Source of the DNA: an uncultured Mediterranea sp.
GTDB lineage: Bacteria; Bacteroidota; Bacteroidia; Bacteroidales; Bacteroidaceae
Assembly (NCBI GenBank): GCA_946056155.1
Contig: CAMGIP010000001.1
Coordinates: 1-59,652 of the forward strand
Reading direction: 5' to 3'
DNA length: 59,652 nt
Both the position numbers and the translations under genes were made by a program. Each line of letters opens with the position of its first letter. Position 1 is the stretch's first letter. The notes beneath the pieces were generated by a model that was not told the origin of the DNA, did no database searches, and saw nothing but the letters and a program-made list of their open reading frames with translations. Below are positions 19,401 to 26,442 of this stretch, one piece after another.

Positions 19401-19815
19401 TGACTATATCCGTCCCCAGGAGAACGGTCACCGCACCGGTGTCCGCTGGCTCTCCCTCTATACTCGGAGTGGCAAGGGAATCACCCTCTATGCCGACAGC
19501 CTGATGGAGATCAATGTGTTGCGCAACAGCGTGGAAGAGTTTGATGGCCAGGAGGCCGTAAAGCGTCCTTACCAATGGCGTAACAAGAGTGCCAACGACC
19601 TCCGTCACGACGAGACACAGGCTGTCAACCGCCTGCCCCGTCAGACCCATACCACCGACATTGTACCTCAAAATTTCGTAGAGGTCTGCCTTGACCTTCG
19701 TCAGATGGGCGTGGGTGGTTATGATAGTTGGGGTTCCCAGCCTGATGCCGAGGACTTGATACCGGCCAGCAACGCCTATCGCTGGGGCTTTACCGTGGTA
19801 CCTTCAGCCAAGTAA
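16483..19815 (+). CDS. GH2 beta-galactosidase, LacZ-like with Bgal_small_N domain
   Basis: VPGNWE; CQDFWRLSGIERDV; GVNLHEH; WSLGNE; SEYAHAMGNS; GRGPEENY; RPQENG. Confidence 0.95.
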   Translation: MSKIMHQLLKKMGQVYLLCSLTSAVYAVDNLPYWRDMKVTSVGTEAPRTDFMTYDNRQQALTLRYEASPYYRSLNGTWQFYYTDNHQTLPEDITGEQADKVSWKSIQVPGNWEVQGFGDPIYVNHPYEFAPTRPQPPHLPDEVPVGVYRRTFTVPSTWNNRDIYLQVDGAKSGCYVYINGREVGYNEDSKNPATYRINDFLKKGDNQLVLKMYRWTTASFLECQDFWRLSGIERDVFLFSRTRTAIRDFRITSTLDESCTKGVFRLSVDLSNSKSTPENLTVAYELMDANGRCVSQGESTVFVPSAGKQTLALEATLPEVSAWSAESPYLYRLLMTLRKGDRVVECIPMPVGFRRIEIKPSHLKAPSGSSLTLLYINGQPLKLKGVNLHEHNPKTGHYVPEALILQDLTLMRQANINTIRLCHYPQSRRFYELCDSLGFYVYDEANIESHAMYYDLRKGGTLGNNPEWLQPHLYRTINMFERNKNHPSVTFWSLGNEAGNGYNFYQTYLWLKEADRNVMARPVNYERALWEWNTDMYVPQYPSAGWLAKIGRIGSDRPVVPSEYAHAMGNSTGGLHKQWQAIWNYANLQGGYIWDWVDQGLLAHDENGTPYYTYGGDYGTNLPSDGNFCCNGLVAADRTPHPGLKEVAYVHQDIAFSVSNLQEGRFIVKNRHYFTSLGKHRLIYRIMAGGKVIRSGRTVMDIAPQDSAEWRIDLSGLKPRVGAEYFIEFSAVTTEAAPLRPVGSEVAHEQFRLPVEPLAQTFKTSGPKLSIADEGHLLKVSSSLLTFVFDRQQGSVTSYKVRGTEYIHEGFGFRPNFWRAPTDNDYGNQMPLRLHVWKVATETLNVKKATVAMEGEDALLHVAYQLPTGNLCHTDYRISPSGVVHVAYHYMPTLQKAANAGFNEAQATATYTPGRGEDDLSKLTIPRIGMRFRLPVAMNGVSYLGRGPEENYCDRNASSLVGLWRSKADEMGADYIRPQENGHRTGVRWLSLYTRSGKGITLYADSLMEINVLRNSVEEFDGQEAVKRPYQWRNKSANDLRHDETQAVNRLPRQTHTTDIVPQNFVEVCLDLRQMGVGGYDSWGSQPDAEDLIPASNAYRWGFTVVPSAK

Positions 19816-19860
19816 TCTTAGGGCTTCGGAAGGATCAATAGCCTCATCGATTTGATAATA

Positions 19861-19910
19861 AAATTCGCTAGATAGAGGAGCAAAAGCCTTTATCTGGCGA
19901 ATTTGTTTTG
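19861..19910 (+). terminator. Intrinsic terminator ending PUL1
   Basis: AAATTCGCTAGATAGAGG / CCTTTATCTGGCGAATTT stem followed by GTTTT. Confidence 0.8.
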
Positions 19911-19956
19911 AAACAAGCACGAATAGCCACCAATTAACAAAAATTACTTCTACCCA

Positions 19957-19988
19957 TTTGCTAAATCTTTGTTAAGTGCCTACTTTTG
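19957..19988 (+). promoter_or_regulatory. Housekeeping-sigma promoter of the GT2 gene
   Basis: TTTG (19957-60), 20-nt spacer, TACTTTTG (19981-88). Confidence 0.8.
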
Positions 19989-20126
19989 TCGCCAACAAAT
20001 AGAGAGAATAGAACATTATTTACTTAACCGGAAACTTGATGATAGGTTTTGCATTGCTTCGTTTGCTGACTATCATTGCGTTGGCTCCTTTCGGAGGCGA
20101 AAGGTGCCTATAAAGACTATTAGTAT

Positions 20127-21131
20127 ATGCTATTAAAAGAGACCTCACAGCAGAGTCCCCTCATCAGCGTGATTATCCCCGTGTACAATGTGGCCGATTT
20201 CTTGGACCAGTGTATGGAGTCGGTATGCAAGCAGACCTATACCCATTTGGAAATCATCCTGGTGGATGACGGTTCCACCGATGCTTCAGCAGAGATGTGC
20301 AGAAACTGGGCCAAGAAGGACAGCAGGATAAGGCTTATCCGGCAGCAGAATCAGGGTCTGAGTAGTGCCCGGAATACGGGTATTGAGGTGGCCACCGGAG
20401 AGTGGTTGGCCTTCGTGGATAGTGACGACTGGGTAGAGCTGGATATGTATGAGGGTATGATGAAGAGTGCTTTGACTTCCGATGCAGACATTGTGGCATG
20501 TGGCCATATTCGTGAAAAACGGAAAAAGAAGAAGGTGCTGATACCTTCCGAGAAACCTCGTACAATTAGATCCGTTGAGGCTCTGCGCATGGTGGTGGAA
20601 GATTGTAAGCTCCAGAATCATGCATGGAGCAAAATCTACAGAAAGCATATTTTTGACGAGGTGCGTTTTCCCGTTGGAGCCATCTATGAGGATATTGCTG
20701 TAAGCCATCTCCTCTTTGCTAAAGCAAATTCTATTCTCTTGATGGACAAAGCCTACTACCACTATCGCATACGCATAGGCGGTCTTTCGCGTACTTCGCG
20801 GATCAATGCCCATAAAGAATCTCAATATTTTACCCATGTCACTGCTCAGATAGACTTTGTCGTGAAGAAGACGGGTTGGACAGATGCCAACTATTACCTG
20901 CACAGACGTGCAGTACGCTATATTGGCCATCTGTTGTTATTACCCAAGAGTGAGGAGACGGATAGGTACGTGGATCAGGCTGTATCGGTCATGAGGTCAC
21001 ATCCCTTCCCCTTTGCCGTACAATTCACCCCCATCATCTATCTCAAGCGTTTCTGGATACTTCGCGATCTGATCTCTTACCGGAAGGCTTATCGGTTTAT
21101 TGAACACTTCAGAGGTACTCCCCGTTTCTGA
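20127..21131 (+). CDS. Glycosyltransferase family 2
   Basis: ISVIIPVYN; ILVDDGSTD; NQGLSSARNTG; FVDSDD (DxD); YEDI. Confidence 0.95.
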   Translation: MLLKETSQQSPLISVIIPVYNVADFLDQCMESVCKQTYTHLEIILVDDGSTDASAEMCRNWAKKDSRIRLIRQQNQGLSSARNTGIEVATGEWLAFVDSDDWVELDMYEGMMKSALTSDADIVACGHIREKRKKKKVLIPSEKPRTIRSVEALRMVVEDCKLQNHAWSKIYRKHIFDEVRFPVGAIYEDIAVSHLLFAKANSILLMDKAYYHYRIRIGGLSRTSRINAHKESQYFTHVTAQIDFVVKKTGWTDANYYLHRRAVRYIGHLLLLPKSEETDRYVDQAVSVMRSHPFPFAVQFTPIIYLKRFWILRDLISYRKAYRFIEHFRGTPRF

Positions 21132-21151
21132 TGGAGTGACCTGCTCAGGTA

Positions 21152-21200
21152 TACAAAAATGACGCTTCTAAACCCATGGGTTTGAAGCGTCATTTTTGTA
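21152..21200. terminator. Bidirectional terminator between GT2 and the tRNA operon
   Basis: TACAAAAATGACGCTTC / GAAGCGTCATTTTTGTA perfect 17-bp IR around AAACCCATGGGTTT. Confidence 0.85.
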
Positions 21201-21283
21201 CTCGAAGCGGGACTTGAACCCGCACAGCCGCAATGGCCAAGGGATTTTAAGTCCCTCGTGTCTACCGATTCCACCATTCGAGC
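21199..21283 (-). tRNA. tRNA-Leu (TAA)
   Basis: GCTCGAATGGTGGAATCGGTAGACACGAGGGACTTAAAATCCC...GGTTCAAGTCC; long variable arm; CCA not encoded. Confidence 0.97.
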
Positions 21284-21306
21284 ATCCTTTAGCTTGCTGT
21301 TGCAAA

Positions 21307-21382
21307 TGGAGCGGAAAACGAGACTCGAACTCGCGACCCCAACCTTGGCAAGGTTGTGCTCTACCAACTGAGCTATTTCCGC
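21307..21382 (-). tRNA. tRNA-Gly (GCC)
   Basis: GCGGAAATAGCTCAGTTGGTAGAGCACAACCTTGCCAAGGTTG...GTTCGAGTC...CCA. Confidence 0.98.
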
Positions 21383-21410
21383 AGTGTGCACTTTCCACCG
21401 AAAGCGCGTG

Positions 21411-21442
21411 CAAATATAAGCAGTTTTTCTTTTTCCCACAAA
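21411..21442 (-). promoter_or_regulatory. Promoter of the tRNA-Gly/Leu operon
   Basis: Minus strand TTTG, 20-nt spacer, TATATTTG. Confidence 0.85.
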
Positions 21443-21568
21443 TTTTCAGCCCCTTTTCCCTCAATTACCGCTCCATTTCCTGTTTTTCACCCCTTTTCCC
21501 CCTCTCTTTCTCCTGTTCTTCTCTTCCTGTTGTTCCCCTTTTCATTTCTCCGTATTTAGGAAATGGTG

Positions 21569-21674
21569 TAGTCGTACGTCCAAGCACGCTCTGGTCGTAC
21601 GTTCAAAGGGTGTATGGACGTACGACCTGAGCACCTATGGACGTACGACTAGGGAAGCTATGGACGTACGTCCA
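21569..21674. repeat. Five 14-bp quasi-palindromes (TRGWCGTACGWYYW) at exact 23-bp period
   Basis: CGTACG cores start at 21573, 21596, 21619, 21642 and 21665. Confidence 0.9.
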
Positions 21675-21683
21675 AGGATCGAA

Positions 21684-21772
21684 TGAACGAGGATGAACGG
21701 GAGTGAACGAATAATGAGCGAAATCCCCTGTTTTTGAACGGGTAATGAACGGATTTTAAATGGGAATGAACG
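21684..21772 (+). repeat. Helically phased TGAACG repeats (10-11-bp period)
   Basis: Cores at 21684, 21694, 21704, 21715 (TGAGCG), 21735, 21746, 21767. Confidence 0.8.
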
Positions 21773-21776
21773 GGCA

Positions 21777-21855
21777 TGTAACGCAATTGTCATTCCAATG
21801 AAGGCTTTTTGTTGCTCCGCTGTCACACCGGTGCAATGCCAATGCCGGAACTTTG
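21777..21855 (+). promoter_or_regulatory. Pho-box-like 11-bp direct repeats plus degenerate -7 (GAACTTTG)
   Basis: TGTAAC 21777, TGTCAT 21788, TGTTGC 21810, TGTCAC 21821, TGCAAT 21832, all in an 11-bp register. Confidence 0.55.
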
Positions 21856-21883
21856 CTGTCGAAAACAAGAACAATGATTTAGT

Positions 21884-23197
21884 ATGAGTATTCGATTAGA
21901 TTTAGGCAAAATCCTTTTCTTGGTTCTGCTGCTGACGCTGACCACCATGGCCGTTATGGCAGACAATGTAAAGGGACGTATTACGGATCGACAGACCGGT
22001 GAACCCCTCCCGGGAGCTACTGTTCAAGTGGAAGGAACTGCTCAGGGAGCCGTAAGTAATGTGGATGGACTTTACACCCTTCCTCTGAAAAAAGGTACCT
22101 ATACCCTGACGGTAAGCTACGTTGGCTATCGTCAGCAGCAACACAAGGGGGTACGTGTGGCAGGAGAAACTGTGTTGGACTTTGCTTTGGAGGTCGATGC
22201 CCAAACGCTCAACGAGGTCTCTGTAGTGGCTCAAAAGAAGCTGGAGGGCGAACATGTCTTGCAGGCTGAACGACAAAAAGCCTCTTTTGCCATTGAGAAT
22301 ATGGGAGCCAAGGAGATGAACCTTAAGGGAATCAGTAATGTGGAGGAGGGTGTGAAAAAACTCTCGGGTATCTCTGTGGCCGGGGCTGGACAGCTGATTG
22401 TGAGGGGCTTGGGCGACCGGTATAGTCATACTACCTTGAATGGACTTCCTATTGCTTCACCCAATCCAGACAACAAACTGATCCCTCTTGACCTCTTCCC
22501 CTCTGCTACGGTTGAGCATATCACCGTGAGCAAGGTTTATGAGCCTTCAGCTTTTGCTGATTATAGTGGTGCCCATATCGACATCAATACTCGTGAACAG
22601 GTGTCGGAAGACTTTCTCCAGGTGGGATTCCGAGTGGGAGGTGCATTCAATACGCTGGGTCATGACCGCCTGCAGATGGATCGCGACGGCTCGCTTTTCA
22701 GCGCCCCCTCCATCGACCCCAAGGCACTTACACTGAACCTTACCGATTTCGATAGCTATGTGCTGGAACGCGATATTTTCCGTACCAGTTTTGACGTGAG
22801 CCGTAAAAGTTCCATGCCCGACATGGGAGGTACCCTCTCGATGGGAAAACAGATAGAGCTGGGTGGACAAAAGCTGAGCCTGCTGCTTGCCGGTAATTTG
22901 AACAACAGCTATCAGCGGATGACCGATGCTTTCTTCAAGACGTAGGGAGATTTCCGTCCATGGGAACCGCTCTTCATCAATCTCGGCTTGCGCTGGGAGC
23001 ATAGCCAGCAGCACGTCAACTACGCGACCGATGGCGGTGAGAAGTATGCCGAGCGTCGCGACCTCAATGGTGATGACCTCTTCCCAGCACTGAACCTCAA
23101 GTATCAGATGCCTGCCAATCATACGCTCCGTTTGGCCCTCTCACGTACGGTAACCCGTCCCTCCTTCATCGAGATGGCTCCTTTCCTCTATCAGGAG
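21884..23197 (+). pseudogene. TonB-dependent receptor (non-SusC type) with in-frame TAG and internal/C-terminal deletions
   Basis: Signal peptide, CarboxypepD domain, plug (VRGLGDRY, PNPDNKLIPLDLFP); TAG at 22943-45; same-frame barrel fragment NLGLRWE...RTVTRPSFIEMAPF; far shorter than a complete receptor. Confidence 0.85.
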
Positions 23198-23626
23198 CCC
23201 GAAGCTACCCTCGGTTACGATTGCGACTGCCTCATTGAGGCCGACAACAACGAAAACAACTACCAGGCCACTCCCGTCTCTCACCCCGTGCTGAGCGACC
23301 TGCTGCTAGTAGGTAACTCATCGGCCAATGGCAATCGCGGCATCCGTCTGCGTCGTGGTACTCAAGTTGAGATCAATGGTGCCAAGGTGTCTGGTAAGGG
23401 CAATGCCGTGACCTTAGAGAGCGAGGAGACAGAGAATGCGTTGAAGAATGGTACCTCCAAACTGCTCAACATGCAGGTGGACAGCGACCTCAAGAGCGAG
23501 AAGAGCATCTATACCAACGACGACTTCCTTGCTGCCGGAAACACGGTAGATTCCGCGCTCAGCTTTGCCAATTGGAGTGCCGTGAAGAGTGCAGCTACTT
23601 GGATTAGCGGTAGCTGGGTAAAATAA
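23189..23626 (+). pseudogene. C-terminal remnant of a beta-helix-like lipoprotein fused in frame to the receptor fragment
   Basis: After LYQE the sequence switches to DCLIEADNNENN..GIRLRRGT..WISGSWVK, not barrel-like and lacking a terminal Phe. Confidence 0.65.
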
Positions 23627-23755
23627 TACCTCGGAACAACTGGTTGAGTTATCGCTCCAAGCGTCAGGTCAGCGCATAGGCCTGCAAGTCGTTCCGTCCA
23701 CTTGTGAACGATGAATAGCTTGGATAACTTGTGAAACTGCTGTTATCTGAACATA

Positions 23756-23800
23756 GAGTCAGCCCGTGCAAGGAGTTCCCTTTCTTGCACGGGCTGACTC
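23756..23800. terminator. Strong hairpin, probable terminator
   Basis: GAGTCAGCCCGTGCAAG / CTTGCACGGGCTGACTC perfect 17-bp stem. Confidence 0.8.
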
Positions 23801-23831
23801 GTATGGTAATCTTAGTATATTAGTATCCTTA

Positions 23832-24136
23832 TTCAAGTTTCGCAAGTTCAGGATTGCGCCCTGAAAGGGCATCGAGCACATAGCCCAGGGCAACGCCCTG
23901 GGGTTACCAAGCCACAGGTAAATGCCCTACAGGGGCAAAAGCATAATCATGAATGACAACCTTGTGGGACCTCAGCGTGGAAAGAGGCCCTACGCTTTTG
24001 CCCTTTCAGGGTGCAGACTGCTCCCGGATATTTACCCAGGGTGCCGCTTCGCTCTGCCCTGGGCTAAGCGCTGTTTGGGCTTTCAGCCCGTTTCTGACGA
24101 CTGTTGAACAGGACACAATGACTTGCGAAACTTGAA
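23832..24136. mobile_element. 305-bp MITE with 16-bp TIRs, 8-bp TSD and internal REP-like palindromes
   Basis: TTCAAGTTTCGCAAGT (23832-47) / ACTTGCGAAACTTGAA (24121-36); TATCCTTA at 23824-31 and 24137-44; GCCCTGAAAGGGC and CCCAGGG..CCCTGGG units in inverted halves. Confidence 0.9.
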
Positions 24137-24636
24137 TATCCTTACTTTTTGACTTTTTTATAGTCTCTGTGCTTGCGATAAAATCGACCAGGGATTCCGT
24201 TCACGACTACTATGCGATTGTCAGAAGCTGTAAATGGGGCGTTCAGGGACAAATAATTCCCCTTTTTCCCGGTGAACTCTCTCAGGACGTATGTCCTGAG
24301 GATTTACTATGGGAAGTCATGTCACCACGTGGCTGATTGAGAAAGAAATGCAGATAAAAAGCGCGTCAAAAAGCGATTTTTCCTTCTCCAGATTGCAGCG
24401 AAAAGCGTATGATTTCCAAGTGTTATTATGACAAGCAAAAGAGTATTTGGGTGACGATTTGTTTTTTTTGTAGCAGAAATATTCTTATTAAAGTTTGGGA
24501 TTGATGGCTGTTATGAAAACTATTTCTACCTTTGTCCATCAGAAGATCTCAAATTGAAATGAATGTTAAATTTTGAAGAATATACTATTGGTCGTGACAC
24601 TTCTTGCGTCTTCATAATAAACGTAATCTAATTAGC

Positions 24637-25179
24637 ATGGAAGACTCGGAACGAGAACTCTTATTAATCTCTAAGGGAAATGAACTGGCATTCAACAGTT
24701 TCATGAATCGCTATACCAAGAGGTTGTACTACCACGCTTACGGCATCCTCAACAACAAGGAAATGGCCGAGGAAGTGGTGGCAGATGCCTTTTTGGAGGT
24801 ATGGAAACTGCGGAATAAGCTGCTGGAAATCAATTGTATTTCCAGCTGGCTCAACACGGTGGTTTATCGTAAGGCCATTTCGTATCTGCGTAAGGAGGCT
24901 AAATCCGGTGGTAGCATCTCCCTTGAGGAGGTTCAGGATTTCTCTTTCCCCGATTTGCATACTCCCATGGACGACATTCTTTCGCACGAAGAGAAGCAAT
25001 GTTTGAAGGAGGCCATCAATGCACTGCCTCCCAAATGCAAGCATGTATTCTTTCTGGCCAAGCTGGAGCAAATGCCCTATGACAAGATAGCTTCGCTGTT
25101 GCAGATTTCGTTGACCACGGTGAACTATCACATCAAGTATGCCATGACGGCCTTGCGCAAGAAACTAAAAGAAAAATAG
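24637..25179 (+). CDS. ECF sigma-70 factor (Bacteroides expansion family)
   Basis: AEEVVADAFLEVW (region 2); AINALPPKCKHVF, YDKIASLLQISLTTVNYHI (region 4.2); upstream of FecR. Confidence 0.95.
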   Translation: MEDSERELLLISKGNELAFNSFMNRYTKRLYYHAYGILNNKEMAEEVVADAFLEVWKLRNKLLEINCISSWLNTVVYRKAISYLRKEAKSGGSISLEEVQDFSFPDLHTPMDDILSHEEKQCLKEAINALPPKCKHVFFLAKLEQMPYDKIASLLQISLTTVNYHIKYAMTALRKKLKEK

Positions 25180-25364
25180 TGTAAAAATGAGGGTGGCCAC
25201 CTATAGATTTGTTTGCGTGTTGCGTCTTCCGTAGTAGAACCACGATATAACGTTGTGATAAGGGTGAGAAGAAGGCTGCAAGCCAAGAAGGGAAGGTTGA
25301 AAAGAGATAAGAATAGAACGGTAAGAAGAGAAGTTTTGAAGGATAAGAAAAGCAAAATTTATGG

Positions 25365-26300
25365 ATGAATATGAAAATGGAAGATAACAATCATAGGAAT
25401 GATGACCTGTCTGTCGATCAGAGGTTTGATGCATTCTTGCAGCAAGCCGTTCCTGACGATGTGGACATCTCTGCAGTCAAGAAGAGGGCCTTTTTGAAAA
25501 TCAGACAGCATGAGCGTAGGTCTAAGGTAAGGCGTGTGGCTCTGTATGTCACTTCTGTAGCTGCTGCATTGCTTCTTTTGATGGGTATAAACTATAGAGT
25601 AGTAGGAAGGGGAGGAGACGGGTTTCATACAGACGGGACGGTATGCTCCCTTACCCAAGGGGGAGAGGAAGAGATGGTGGTGCCTGTGGGAGAGAAGAGC
25701 ACGCTGATGCTGGCCGATGGTACCAAGGTTGTTGCCAATTCCCGTACTATTATTCGCTACCCCAAACGGTTTGAAGGGAAAAACCGGGAGATTTACGTCA
25801 GGGGCGAGGCTTTCTTTGATGTAGCTAAAGACGAAGAGCATCCGTTTGTCGTTCATTCAGACGATTTTCTGGTGAAGGTTCTTGGTACACGGTTCAATGT
25901 GAACAACTACAACGACAGCCGTTCGCAAGTAGTACTGGTGCAGGGAGCGGTGGAACTCAATACATCCAACCACGAGAGGGTGCGTATGAAACCCAATGAG
26001 CTGGTGAGCATTGATAAGGGTAGCTTTACGGAAAAGAGGGCTGTCGATACTGATGAATATACCTGTTGGATGAGGGGGATGATTAATCTCTCCGGTGAAA
26101 ACGTGCAGACCATCATCAAGCGGCTCAGTCAGTATTACGGGGTAATCATACTGTGTGATGATGAGATCTCGGGCAATAAGCTTTATGGCAGGTTGATGTT
26201 AAGTCAACGGGTTGGCGAGGTGATGAAAGCCATTGAGTCGATGACGGATGCTTTTATGAGTGTGCAGGGAGATACAATCTATCTAATCAGGGAACGATAG
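25365..26300 (+). CDS. FecR-family anti-sigma factor
   Basis: TM segment; LADGTKV; YPKRF; GEAFFDV; VLGTRFNV; C-terminal DUF4974-like region. Confidence 0.95.
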   Translation: MNMKMEDNNHRNDDLSVDQRFDAFLQQAVPDDVDISAVKKRAFLKIRQHERRSKVRRVALYVTSVAAALLLLMGINYRVVGRGGDGFHTDGTVCSLTQGGEEEMVVPVGEKSTLMLADGTKVVANSRTIIRYPKRFEGKNREIYVRGEAFFDVAKDEEHPFVVHSDDFLVKVLGTRFNVNNYNDSRSQVVLVQGAVELNTSNHERVRMKPNELVSIDKGSFTEKRAVDTDEYTCWMRGMINLSGENVQTIIKRLSQYYGVIILCDDEISGNKLYGRLMLSQRVGEVMKAIESMTDAFMSVQGDTIYLIRER

Positions 26301-26442
26301 CCTATTGTTGATGATGACTACTCGCTGATAACCATATTCTTATAAAATATTTAGATGCCAAGTTTGATGCCTTGCTGCCAAGGTGTCAAGAGGATTGTTG
26401 CCTCTTTTTTGGCGGGAAAAGAGAATCAAATACCATACTAAA

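Noticed and set aside
21569-21674. CRISPR array
   Set aside because: 14-bp repeats and 9-bp spacers are far too short, orientation is mixed, and no cas genes are present
21089-21874. ORFs over the tRNAs and repeat arrays
   Set aside because: They overlap bona fide tRNAs or low-complexity repeats and are spurious
23922-24135. Small ORFs inside the MITE
   Set aside because: Translations of palindromic repeats, with no transposase motifs
24145-24480. Intergenic stretch with palindrome CTCAGGAC-GTAT-GTCCTGAG
   Set aside because: Single 8-bp hairpin with no ORF or second copy; no function can be supported
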